DNA of 64,000 bases, taken from assembly GCA_965205975.1 (NCBI GenBank), contig OZ242195.1, forward strand, positions 4,704,001 to 4,768,000, in the 5' to 3' direction. The DNA comes from Candidatus Latescibacterota bacterium (GTDB lineage Bacteria; Latescibacterota; UBA2968). Within the stretch, counting starts at the first letter, position 1. Each line of letters starts with the position of its first letter. A program made the position numbers and the translations under genes. The notes beneath the pieces are model-generated. The model searched no databases. It was not told the origin of the DNA and was given only the letters and a program-made list of their open reading frames with translations. Positions 39,277 through 49,407 of the stretch are shown here, one piece after another.

Positions 39277-39353
39277 ACTGGATCGCGGCTAAAACCGTGC
39301 CGCAATGACAATCAAAACTACTGGATCGCGGCTCAACACCAGGCCGCGATGAC
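39277..39353 (+). repeat. Two tandem REP-like palindromes
   Basis: ACTGGATCGCGGC-loop-GCCGCAATGAC at 39277-39309 and ACTGGATCGCGGC-loop-GCCGCGATGAC at 39320-39353. Confidence 0.8.
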
Positions 39354-39359
39354 GGCTCC

Positions 39360-39880
39360 TTATTCATCCATATCCGCCCCTGCTTCTGTAAGAACGCGAA
39401 CAACCTCACGGAGCTCATCCTTGTTCTTAATCGTCGAACGCAACGCAGCCATAAGCGGCGTATGTCCCGCGCGGTCTCGCAAATCGACTTCGGCACCTCG
39501 TTCGAGAAGCAGAGAAACAATCTCCACAAAACCCGCCCTTGCCGCGCAGTGCAACGCGGTCTGGCCCTTGTAATTGCGCGCATTCACATCTGCGCCGCGC
39601 GCGATCAAATCCCGGATGCGATCAACACTCCCACCGCGGTCTCCACGAGCCTGAAAAACAATCGGCGGCCACTATCCTCTTCAAATATTCTCTGTCCATT
39701 CTGCAGGAGGCCAAGAGCCAATATCCTGTCCCATTGCACGCAGCAAGACACCGAATGAACTGGTCAGCTTGCGGAAGGATCGACATTGAGCATAGGCGGC
39801 TCCCATGGAGAATGTCGCGCTGAAAGCTGGCTGATCCGCTGTCTCCAGATAGCTTCTGCCCGCACTCATTCGCGCTTCCA
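39360..39880 (-). pseudogene. Ankyrin-repeat gene remnant, frameshifted and 5'-truncated; upstream boundary approximate
   Basis: GADVNARNYKGQTALHCAARAG..GHTPLMAA at 39360-39608 with no intact upstream frame. Confidence 0.7.
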
Positions 39881-39914
39881 ATTGTTCCTTCGCGCCACGC
39901 GGCATCTCCGGTTT

Positions 39915-40042
39915 TGATTGCGCCGAATCGGTCTGCCAATATCTATTTCCCAGGCCTCCGCTTCTGCGATCAAACGCCGCAACAGCACTGGTGCTGCGGC
40001 TACCTCACCGTGGCCCTCTACGATTGGTTGGATCTTATTCAC
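39915..40042 (-). pseudogene. 5' fragment of DUF4276 (TOPRIM-like) gene
   Basis: GTG overlapping the ATPase stop; MNKIQPIVEGHGEVAAAPVLLRRL then similarity ends. Confidence 0.65.
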
Positions 40043-41172
40043 TTGAGGTCTTCCTCGAACAACGCAATTTCAGATGAATCGGACACGTACTGATCGGCGG
40101 CCACCAATGCGTTGGACCGCATCAATTCACCTGCGCCCATCAGATGTTCTTTCAGTGCCACACGCGAGGCTTCAGAAACCGGGGCAATTTGCGTTTCCCC
40201 CTCTTCCCAACTCACAATTCGTAAGTGATGATCCTCAATCCACGAGGCGTCAAGAATATCGGGGCTATGGGTTGTTACAATCGTCTGCATGAAGCGGCCT
40301 GCGTGTCTCAACAAATCGAGAACCGAGCCAAGCCCCCCCGGATGTATCGTCACTTCCGGTTCCTCAATCACCAAAACTGAAGGCGGGATTGGCTGAAAAA
40401 CAGCCGCGAGAAGGCCCAATACACGCAAAGTTCCATCGGACATATTGTGCGCTTCAAACGTCACTTGTTCTGACTCTGCCCATCTCTGTATAAATTCCAG
40501 CGATAGCTTGTCGCCATGCGCCTTTGGCCTCACGTCGGTTGTTCCAGGAACAATTTTTTCCAGAAGATCGCGGATTATCTGCCAGTTATTCGGCGATCTT
40601 TTCTCAATCTCGCGCAACACACTGGCTGCGTTACGCCCATCAAAACGCAATCGAAATCCCTGGTCCGGATCTTGCATTTCGCGTAGCTCATCCGGTTGGA
40701 TTCGGTACACTCGCATCATCGACAAAAATCGAAAAGCTGGCAAAAACCGCTTATCGCCTCCAACTAGGGGCAAAGCAAGGGTGTTCGCTTCCAAAGCTGG
40801 GGCCAGTGTGGTCGTGCTGCTCCGAAATGTGTTGGGCGAGCGTTCGAACCAGTCGAGTGAACCATCTCGCCGCAAAACAAAGCACTGTTCGCGCACGACT
40901 TCAAAGTCATAGTCCGTCACGCCACGCAATTCAAATGCGTAAATAGCCCGACTCGTTTCAGTGTCTAAATTTTCCAGTTCGACCTTCAGCCCCAAGTTGG
41001 ATGGACGCCTTTTCGAAGTACTTCGATATTCAACCGAAGTGATCCCTCTACGACGATCCAACACTGCTGGCAGGGGGATGATCATCGCCTCGGAGAGAAA
41101 AGAGAACACATCGGCAATATTGCTCTTGCCAGCACCGTTTTGACCGACTAAAAATGTCGGATTACTGAACTC
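40039..41172 (-). pseudogene. ABC/AAA_21-type ATPase, N-terminus cut by IS630
   Basis: LVGQNGAGKSN Walker A next to the IS end, MSDGTLR, IEEPE, TTHSP; no start codon upstream of Walker A. Confidence 0.8.
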
Positions 41173-41174
41173 TA

Positions 41175-42568
41175 GTGCATCGTGGCAAAAAAGGTTCCTT
41201 GTATGATCAGCATTGCTTATCTTTGTGTGTCCGCCAAGCCTTCAGATAAAATTCGATCCCGTTTATAGTGCCTGTCTCATCGAGGTGTCCATGCCCGGTT
41301 ATTACAAAAAAGCCAGCCCGTTGCCCATCAGCGTGATGCAACGTAGCGTCTTAGAACACATTGTCCAACGCCATACCAGTCGCCAAGACCATGCCCGCCG
41401 TGCGCGTATGATCCTGTTAAGCAGTGAAGGGTTAGGCATCGGTCAAGTCAGCGCACAAGTCGGCGCAGATCCAAAGACAGTTTCTACCTGGCGCAAGCGT
41501 TGGCTGGCAGGTTATGAGGCTCTCAAAGCGATGGAAGCCGAGGGCGATAGCCGTGCCTTGTCCGATGCGGTCTTATCCCTCCTATCGGATGCGCCCCGTC
41601 CAGGTACGCCTGTGAGGTATTCGGCACAGGTGGTCACAAAGATTGTGGCCCTCTCCTGTGAAGCCCCCAAAGCGTGTGGGTATCCCATCAGCCATTGGAC
41701 GCCTCAAGTCTTGCGTGAAGCAGTCATCGCCCGCGGCATCGTCCCTGATATTTCAGTTCGCAGTGTGGGACGTTTTTTAAAAAGAGGCCGATCTTAAGCC
41801 GCATCAAGTCCGGTATTGGGCGCGTCCTCCTGATGAAGATAAAGAAGCCTTTTACGAGGCAAGTGAAAAGGTCTGTGCCTTATATCAATCTGCTCTTGAC
41901 CTTCACGAAGAAGGTGTGCATGTCATCAGCACAGATGAAAAAACGGGCATACAGGCCAAAGAACGTGCCAAACCCACCCTACCGATGAAGCAGGGACGGG
42001 TTGAACATCAGGAGTTTGAATACAAAAGACATGGCACCTGTTGCTTGATTGGCAATTTTGAAGTCGCCACAGGGCAGGTGATTGCCCCAACCTTATCCCT
42101 AACACGAACAGAGAAAGATTTTAAGACGCACATCCAACAGACCTTTGCACAAGACCCAAAAGGTGAGTGGGTCTTTGTCGTGGATCAACTCAATACCCAT
42201 AAATCGGAAGCCTTAGTCCGATGGGTGGCTGATGTGTGCGACATTCAAGACGATTTAGGGGAAAAAGGCAAATACGGGATTCTAAAATCTATGCAAACCC
42301 GGGCCGACTTCCTCAGCAATCAAGCCCACCGAGTGCGCTTTGTTTATACCCCTAAACACGCCTCGTGGCTCAATCAGATTGAATGCTGGTTTTCTATTCT
42401 CGTGCGACGCCTACTCAAAAGAGGGAGTTTTACCTCTGTCCAAGACCTCCAGCAATCGCTTTTGGATTTCATTGCCTTTTTCAACAAAACCATGGCCAAA
42501 CCGTTTAAATGGACCTATACCGGAAGACCCCTTAATCTATAACACCAATGACTTTTGCCACGATGCAC
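41175..42568 (+). mobile_element. IS630-family insertion sequence (copy B, different from copy A)
   Basis: TIRs GTGCATCGTGGCAAAA / TTTTGCCACGATGCAC flanked by TA within CTAG. Confidence 0.92.
41291..42542 (+). CDS. IS630 transposase in two frames (ORF A 41291-41797; ORF B to 42542)
   Basis: STDEKTGIQA, VDQLNTH, YTPKHASWLNQIE; frame change at TTTTTTAAAAAG near 41773-41784. Confidence 0.88.
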
Positions 42569-42580
42569 TAGAGATTTAAG

Positions 42581-45500
42581 ATGATACAGCCTCTTCTTGA
42601 TTTTGATGCGCTACCCCCTGCTGAAAGGTTTCCACTAAACAGGGGTAACCAGAAGGTCGAACAATTCGTGAGAGAGGATTTTGACGTCTCAGATGACTTT
42701 CTGATTATCACGGGTTTTAGTTCTCTATCCTATATGGTTGAATTCCTAGGACGGGCTGATTATTCAGGTGGAAAACGGGTTCGAGTCGTATTGGGCAATG
42801 AGCCTATGTACACTAACCTGAGCAGGCAGGATGATTTTCGCAACATCCCGCTCAATCAGGAGATACGAGATTTCTGGCTTGAGGAAGGCATTTCGATTAC
42901 ACAATGTGGGGCTATACTTCGCCTAATTGAGCATATCGAACAAAATCGTCTAGAAGTGAAAATTTTTGATTCTTTGCACGCTAAAATGTACGTGGGGGCT
43001 GAACACGCAATTCTTGGATCGAGCAATTTTTCTGTCAGTGGTCTCCGGTTGCAGAATGAAGCCAATATACGGTTTGAGAAATCGAAAGATGAGTATAAAG
43101 AAATCCGCCAGATCGCAGAGCACTTCTGGCAGATGGGTGGTGATTATAAGCAGGAGATCATTGATCTGTTGAGGCGGCTTCTAAGCTTGGTGACGTGGGA
43201 GGAAGCTTTAGCGCGCGCTATAGCTGAGATTTTGGAAGGAAGCTGGCTTCAGAAATATCCCCAGGTGTTTGATCTTCTGAACAATGTTCAGATTTGGCCT
43301 TCACAAGTTCAGGCAATTGGGCAGGCGCTTTACATATTGGACAACCATGGAAGTTTACTCATTGCAGATCCTACAGGTTCTGGTAAGACCCGTCTTGGTG
43401 CTGGTTTGCACCTTTCAATCATTAATCGTCTCTGGACGGGTGGACGAGGGGCAAGAAGCAATACGTTGATCGTGTGTCCTCCGCAGGTCATCGACAACTG
43501 GCGGAACGAATATCAACAATTGGCATACAATTACCCTGTGATGTTGTCGCAAGGTAAGCTCAGTATGGGTGAACAGAGCCTAAACCGAAATGACGTCAAG
43601 GATGCAAAGATTCTGTTTATCGACGAAGCACACAATTATTTAAATAAACGTTCGAACAGAAGTGCTGCACTTCAGTATAATTCAGCAGATCACATTGTGC
43701 TTTATACCGCAACGCCCATAAATAAAAAGATTGAGGACCTGTTCCGACTGATTGAGATTCTCGATATTGACAATCTATCGGATGAGGCGATTGCTGAATA
43801 TGTGATGTTGAGTAAGAAACGGACTCATTTAGGAACGTCTGATGCCGATCCGCTCCGTGAACATATCCGAAATTTTACCATCAGGCGAACAAAAAAAGAT
43901 TTGAACAGATTGATTGATGAGGCTCCCGGGAAATATTTGAACCAGTTCGGGGAAAAATGTCGATATCCAGAGCACATCTGTGACATCTACAAGATACAAG
44001 AATCAGAACGTGACATTGCCATCGCCAGAGAAATCAATACGCTTGCACGCCGATTAAAAGGCTTGATTTTCTTGCGAAAAATTCGGCTGAGACGCGATGA
44101 ACTCAAAGATCCCAAAAAACAGCGAGAGATTTTGAAGAACAGGCAGAAAGCCGCGGCGGCACTTGCGCTTTACAATGTGCAAGCCATGATGCGATCTTCA
44201 CGAGCTGCTTTGCTGGAACACATTAAAGGAACCGAACAGGCCCGGCACCATTTTCGCATTAAGAGAAGAAAGAACCCCTCTGGAAATGTTATTGGCAGTT
44301 TGAAAAGGCATCGCGCTTCACTGCCACAACACAATCTGACAATTGAACTGCCGTCTTGGCTAACGAAGAGGGAGATTTATCAAACTGAGTGTGATCAGGA
44401 AATTGGGATCTATAATCAGATCGCTGAACTCTGTAAGCAGTTGAGTGATCACCGAGAAAAGAGCAAGGCAAGGTTCATTACTCAGTTGTTTAAAAAACAT
44501 AGCCTGATTCTGGCCTTTGATAGCCATCTTTTGAGCCTTCATTATATAGAACAGATCATAGATGCAGAATACAAAAACATAGAAACGCTCACTGTTACTG
44601 GTGACAACGAACAAAGCAAAAGCCGAGCAAAAGAATATTTCGGTTTGGAGTCGGATAAACAGGAAGTTGTTGGGTTTTGTTCGGATGTGATGGCCGAAGG
44701 AGTTAATCTGCAGCGTGCATCGGCGATGGTGCTTTTGGATATGCCCAGTGTCATGCGAATTGCAGAACAGAGAATTGGAAGAATTGACCGAATGGATAGT
44801 CCCCATGGGTCCATTGAGATCTACTGGCCGGATGATCATGAGGAATTTGCGCTCAAAACGGATATGAAATTCTTCAGAACAGCCCGGACTGTAGAGACCG
44901 TATTGGGGAGCAATATTGATATCCCTGAAGAGTTGCTGCAGGATCAAGATTTATTGGAGGATCCGAACAGGACCATCATTTCTGGATCTGTTGCCAAGAA
45001 TCTGTACGAAGAAATGCAACGGGATACGTTTGAGGCAACATTTGCAGATGGTATCCAAGATGCGTTTCAGCCCGTCAAAGATTTGGTTTTTGGTCCGGAA
45101 CCGTTGATCAAGACCCAAACCTACAATGCGATAAAATTGTCGGAAGCAACCGTCATAAGCAATGTGAGTGTTGTAAAATCTAATACGTGCTGGGGATTTT
45201 TCGCGATCAGGGGGTCAGCACAATATGCTCCTCGGTGGATTTATATCGACGAAAACGGAGAAATCATTAAGGATCTGCCAGCAGTCTGCGAGAAGCTGGT
45301 AACCAACCTTGAAGGTGTGGAAAATCTCAATGATAGAATCGACCAGGCTCAAGTTCTCCTAACTGATTTTGTTGAGAAAATTCAGAAGAGCGAAATCCAG
45401 AATCTGCCAAACAAGAAAAGGCGTGCTCTGGAATTGCTTCAAAACCTGATGGTTGCCTATCTGAAGCCACGAGAAGTGCCACGAGAACGCAGAGATATAT

Positions 45501-45784
45501 TGCGGGGGATTCAGAAGCTCTTCAATCCAGATCCAACGCATGAATTCTCTATTGATTATTACCAGCTTGCGCAGACATGGTTGGATATAATCCAGCCGAT
45601 CCTGATTGAGGAACGCCAAAAGCGCAGAGGCATAGTGCATTTGAAAAGTTTAGAGAGAAAGCTGAAGCGTGAACCCTTGGACAATGCGCAATTGGCACTT
45701 TTAACAGACCGCCTACCTACCATCAATAATATCGGGAAGCGGATTGCATCGTGTATTATTGGCATTATTGTTGTTGATCAATGA
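42581..45784 (+). CDS. PLD-family nuclease + SNF2-like helicase fusion
   Basis: LHAKMY..GSSNFS, DPTGSGKT, IDEAH, TATP, EGVNLQ, EQRIGRIDR. Confidence 0.9.
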   Translation: MIQPLLDFDALPPAERFPLNRGNQKVEQFVREDFDVSDDFLIITGFSSLSYMVEFLGRADYSGGKRVRVVLGNEPMYTNLSRQDDFRNIPLNQEIRDFWLEEGISITQCGAILRLIEHIEQNRLEVKIFDSLHAKMYVGAEHAILGSSNFSVSGLRLQNEANIRFEKSKDEYKEIRQIAEHFWQMGGDYKQEIIDLLRRLLSLVTWEEALARAIAEILEGSWLQKYPQVFDLLNNVQIWPSQVQAIGQALYILDNHGSLLIADPTGSGKTRLGAGLHLSIINRLWTGGRGARSNTLIVCPPQVIDNWRNEYQQLAYNYPVMLSQGKLSMGEQSLNRNDVKDAKILFIDEAHNYLNKRSNRSAALQYNSADHIVLYTATPINKKIEDLFRLIEILDIDNLSDEAIAEYVMLSKKRTHLGTSDADPLREHIRNFTIRRTKKDLNRLIDEAPGKYLNQFGEKCRYPEHICDIYKIQESERDIAIAREINTLARRLKGLIFLRKIRLRRDELKDPKKQREILKNRQKAAAALALYNVQAMMRSSRAALLEHIKGTEQARHHFRIKRRKNPSGNVIGSLKRHRASLPQHNLTIELPSWLTKREIYQTECDQEIGIYNQIAELCKQLSDHREKSKARFITQLFKKHSLILAFDSHLLSLHYIEQIIDAEYKNIETLTVTGDNEQSKSRAKEYFGLESDKQEVVGFCSDVMAEGVNLQRASAMVLLDMPSVMRIAEQRIGRIDRMDSPHGSIEIYWPDDHEEFALKTDMKFFRTARTVETVLGSNIDIPEELLQDQDLLEDPNRTIISGSVAKNLYEEMQRDTFEATFADGIQDAFQPVKDLVFGPEPLIKTQTYNAIKLSEATVISNVSVVKSNTCWGFFAIRGSAQYAPRWIYIDENGEIIKDLPAVCEKLVTNLEGVENLNDRIDQAQVLLTDFVEKIQKSEIQNLPNKKRRALELLQNLMVAYLKPREVPRERRDILRGIQKLFNPDPTHEFSIDYYQLAQTWLDIIQPILIEERQKRRGIVHLKSLERKLKREPLDNAQLALLTDRLPTINNIGKRIASCIIGIIVVDQ

Positions 45785-45816
45785 CGGAGGATAAATAACA
45801 GAAGGGAGAGCACAAG

Positions 45817-47082
45817 ATGCTAAAGAAGCCAGATGACTTGGGAATCGAAAGTCTTTGTATCATTCCGCCTAAGAAGAATTGTATCAGCCTCGATCCACAG
45901 ATTCAAACTTTTTTCTCGGAATCAGAGTGTGTTCGGGCTGCAATCGCCTTCTGGTCTATTTCAGAATACCAGCTTCAGCGATTGACAGGGAATCGGGGTA
46001 TACAGGTTCTTAAAAATGAAGATAGTTTTCTCTGTGTGGATATACAGAAGCCGACCAATATTGACCATCTTGCCAGTCTGGTTCAGAAAGGTGTCAAAGT
46101 CTTCTTAAATATCCGTCGCCTGCCAGGTCCTCTTGCAAAGTACTCAACCTCATCAGGTTTGCTGCACACCAAGATGCTATTGTCAAATCGCAGTAACGAG
46201 CAGGCAGATTTCTGGATTGGGAGCCACAACTGGACTCTACCAGCATTGGAGGGCCCTAATAAAGAAGGTTCGATGGCCTTGCGATTGGATCGGGATGGGG
46301 CCTTATACACGGAGGTGCTGTCGTTTCTTGAAGACATTCGTGCGAATTACTGTCGGCCGTTTGACTCTGGAAAAGTCGATTTTTACAAGCTCCTACAAGA
46401 AAAAATGAGCCAGAGAGTGTCTGGGGAGAGTATTGATGTTATAAAAATGAAAGGAGAAGACGTAGACCAATTGCAGGGTGAGGTTATTGGTGTTTTTGGT
46501 CGGAACACTAAGGATTACCGAGATATACGAATGGTTGATCGGCCGGTGATGATATTAATTACCGATTCAAAGTCTGGTAAGGAATATCGATATTCTGCAA
46601 CGATCATTCAGGCCGGACGATTGGACTCTTCAAACCCTACAATTCAGGGTGTAAGTTTCTCAAAGAGACGCTTCGCTATAGTCGATGGCAGGCTTCCTGT
46701 GCTTGAGCCTGAGCAACAGCCTAATTCAATGCTTCTTTCAAAAGCAAAATTCTTCGCAACCATCCAGATTGATGCTCCTGAACTCAAAGACACTTGTTTG
46801 TTAGATACATCTGAGAGTAAAGTGCCTACCTGGGTTCCTGAATTTTATGATCCAGCCATAGAACAGATGTCCTCCGAAGCGCGGGCACTTTACTCAGATT
46901 TGGGAAAGAGTGGCCAGACTTTGGTGCTGCGTGGATTTGATTATAAAGAAGAAGGGAGACACGACGAACTCTGGCAGAAAAGTGAAGAGGCAACAGATAC
47001 TCGACAAGCCCCGGTGAAGAAAGAGAAAACCTATCAGCTTATCCAGAAGAAATGGATGGTAGATCCAGATATTGAGTATTAA
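45817..47082 (+). CDS. PLD-fold nuclease-like protein with unknown C-terminal domain
   Basis: AAIAFWS, LHTKMLL..IGSHNWT..NKE motifs. Confidence 0.75.
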   Translation: MLKKPDDLGIESLCIIPPKKNCISLDPQIQTFFSESECVRAAIAFWSISEYQLQRLTGNRGIQVLKNEDSFLCVDIQKPTNIDHLASLVQKGVKVFLNIRRLPGPLAKYSTSSGLLHTKMLLSNRSNEQADFWIGSHNWTLPALEGPNKEGSMALRLDRDGALYTEVLSFLEDIRANYCRPFDSGKVDFYKLLQEKMSQRVSGESIDVIKMKGEDVDQLQGEVIGVFGRNTKDYRDIRMVDRPVMILITDSKSGKEYRYSATIIQAGRLDSSNPTIQGVSFSKRRFAIVDGRLPVLEPEQQPNSMLLSKAKFFATIQIDAPELKDTCLLDTSESKVPTWVPEFYDPAIEQMSSEARALYSDLGKSGQTLVLRGFDYKEEGRHDELWQKSEEATDTRQAPVKKEKTYQLIQKKWMVDPDIEY

Positions 47083-47141
47083 TAATCTATTTCGTTTCCG
47101 TCGGTTTTGATAGAGAGGTTTATTTATAATCTAACGCAGTG

Positions 47142-47756
47142 CTACACCTCCCACCTTGCCAATTCCATCCACCGCGTCATCGCTTTTTGTGCTTCATTAA
47201 ACCGTTCGCGGATCTCTGGCGGAAGACATCTGTGGTATCCATTTGGCGGCTCGCGCATCATCACATTATAGTGTGCGTGTGTGTAGTTGAAGTACAGATT
47301 GGATCGCACTGGCTCTGTGGTCTTGGGCAGTCCATTGTGGATGACGGTCTCGGAAAAGAGTAAGACATCGCCCGCCTTGCCCGTTACTGCGACGGCGCCT
47401 GGAAGATCCAATCCCTGATATTCCTGCCAGCTCAAATCAAAATTGCTCTTGTGTGAGCCCGGTACAGCCACCACGCATCCGTCGTCGGGTCCATTATCTG
47501 TTAGAAAATACACGGTATTGAGCATTCGAGAGCGAATGTCACCGTTTCGATAACTGTAATCCGTTGTTGGCACGCCGCGATGCCATCCCCCCTGTTGCGC
47601 TCCCTTGTATTTAGAAATTGACCAGGTGTTGATGAGTTGAGGTTCGCCCATAAATGCCTTCAGATAAGGCACGACTTTCGGATGTGCGATCATCAGGTCA
47701 AAAACGGGATCAAGCCGTAAGAGACCATTCAAACGGATCTGCTCAGTTTTTACCAC
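47142..47756 (-). pseudogene. PhyH-family dioxygenase, 5'-truncated
   Basis: WHRG, YFLTD, VPGSHK, HNG; the usual N-terminal segment is missing. Confidence 0.7.
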
Positions 47757-47776
47757 TTTATGAGGCTAAACTGAGA

Positions 47777-48403
47777 ATGACCCGAAATATTCTTGTGCAT
47801 TCGGATAAGGATGTGCCAAAGCGCATGCTCACGGCCTGGAGTCTTGGATGTCCGGATCAGTTGATTGCCACTGCACAGGTTATTGATGATGAGCTCTTTG
47901 TCGTGGCCTGTGACCATACCCTGTTTAGAGTTGGCTTTGAAGAAATGCCCGCACTCAAGCGTATTCCAGAAGAACAGCGTTCTTCATTTACCATCTCCAG
48001 TGAAGGTAGTTATATTCACTGGCCTGAGGCTGATGTACATATCGACCTGGATGCAGTTCGCTACCTGAAAGATGATGAGTGGCGTGAAAAAAAGGATCGG
48101 GAAAGATTGATGTCTGATATTCGGTTCGGAGAGGCGGTTGCCGCATTTCGAAAACAGTGTGGGCTTAAGCAAGCCGATATTCAGGGCCTTTCGGAACGTC
48201 AGGTGCGTAGAATCGAAAAGGGAGAACGGACAAAGGTGGATACGCTGGGGATTCTGGCAAGAAGTCACGGATTGTCCCTGAAAGTATATCTGGATAAAAT
48301 TGCCGAGATACTTTCTGAAGATGGTGAGGTTATCTCCAGAGTCTCGACCTCGATTCCGCAAGACACCATAGACCTAAGTGGGGGCAGATATGATCAAAAA
48401 TGA
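47777..48403 (+). CDS. DUF2442-like + XRE HTH protein, probably 5'-truncated
   Basis: GSYIHWPEADVHIDL; GLKQADIQGLSERQVRRIEKGE; ORF-track N-terminus is antisense PhyH sequence. Confidence 0.65.
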   Translation: MTRNILVHSDKDVPKRMLTAWSLGCPDQLIATAQVIDDELFVVACDHTLFRVGFEEMPALKRIPEEQRSSFTISSEGSYIHWPEADVHIDLDAVRYLKDDEWREKKDRERLMSDIRFGEAVAAFRKQCGLKQADIQGLSERQVRRIEKGERTKVDTLGILARSHGLSLKVYLDKIAEILSEDGEVISRVSTSIPQDTIDLSGGRYDQK

Positions 48404-48613
48404 GAGACAATATCGGATCACTAAGGCCCAGATGAGAAAGTTTGAGGGCGCTTTGGCGGAGTTGGCTCAAACTAAAGATAAAAATATTCACCCTCTACTT
48501 CAGAAAGCTCATCAGGATGCATTGAGAAGTCAATGTGAGGAACTCCGTATGCAGTTGGAGGAATACGACGCGCTTGTAGAAGGTAAGCGCGATGTTCTCT
48601 AACGTCTTTCACT
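48366..48613 (+). repeat. ~250-bp inverted repeat, copy 2
   Basis: Aligns with the reverse complement of 21288-21536. Confidence 0.9.
48390..48602 (+). pseudogene. Truncated copy of the 5' end of the HTH-ImmA gene
   Basis: MIKNERQYRITKAQ..KRDVL then TAA where the intact copy has GAA. Confidence 0.85.
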
Positions 48614-48671
48614 ATCTGTCTGTTGTCACTGAATTTGTGTGTGCTGCCAATCACCGAAACCATCTCCGAAT

Positions 48672-49241
48672 ATGAAAACAGATCAATTTCCATCGAAAGT
48701 CCCATCCTTCCCAATCGGATCTTATAACCTGCGCGGAATAAAACCCGAGGACGCACGCTCTCTCTACCATTTTATGTCAGACAAAGAGGTAACCCAATTT
48801 ACAAGCTTGCATGCAGAAACGCTTGAAGAGGTCCAATCGTGGATTGAATTTATGATGGAACAGTTTGAAAAGAAACAATCAATTTACTGGGTCATAACAG
48901 AGGATAATCGTGCCATTGGTCGATGTCACTATATTTATCTCGACGCTATGCATTCAAGAGCCGAGATTGGATACTACCTCGCAAAAGAGTACTGGGGCTG
49001 CGGAATTATGACGAAAGCTGTCACTGCAATTGTAGAATACGGTTTTGAACACCTCAAATTGAATCGAATCGAAGCAAGGTCGATTTCCAGGAATTATGGT
49101 TCCACGCGCGTCCTTGAAAAAGTCGGTTTTTTAAAAGAAGGTACCCTGAGGCAGCATACTTTCAGAGCCGGTGAGTTTTTCGATGTTGAGGTGTTTTCGT
49201 TTTTAAATGCAGATTGGCAACAATTGAGAAACTCTTTATAG
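48672..49241 (+). CDS. GNAT acetyltransferase (RimJ/RimL type)
   Basis: AEIGYYLAKEYWGCGIM, NYGSTRVLEKVGF..EGTLR. Confidence 0.9.
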   Translation: MKTDQFPSKVPSFPIGSYNLRGIKPEDARSLYHFMSDKEVTQFTSLHAETLEEVQSWIEFMMEQFEKKQSIYWVITEDNRAIGRCHYIYLDAMHSRAEIGYYLAKEYWGCGIMTKAVTAIVEYGFEHLKLNRIEARSISRNYGSTRVLEKVGFLKEGTLRQHTFRAGEFFDVEVFSFLNADWQQLRNSL

Positions 49242-49287
49242 CATACATTGCAACCACAAAAGACGGCATCCCAGATGGGTACCAAAG

Positions 49288-49322
49288 AAAAATGGGTTGC
49301 GCATCAATTTGCGTAACCCATT
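49288..49322. terminator. Intrinsic terminator downstream of tRNA-Val
   Basis: AATGGGTTGCGCA-loop-TGCGTAACCCATT with flanking A/T runs. Confidence 0.75.
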
Positions 49323-49330
49323 GTTTTTAA

Positions 49331-49407
49331 TGGTGGGCGATACTGGACTTGAACCAGTGACCTCTTGCATGTCAAGCAAGCACTCTAACCACCTGAGCTA
49401 ATCGCCC
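49331..49407 (-). tRNA. tRNA-Val (GAC)
   Basis: GGGCGAT/ATCGCCC acceptor stem, CTTGC-TTGACAT-GCAAG anticodon arm, GGTTCAAGTCC, encoded CCA. Confidence 0.97.

Noticed and set aside
48366..48613. DGR template/variable repeat pair with 21288-21536
   Set aside because: Mismatches are not adenine-specific and no reverse transcriptase is present
49331..49360. attL/attR duplication of the tRNA-Val 3' end
   Set aside because: No second copy found by eye and no integrase in the window; an exact search would settle it
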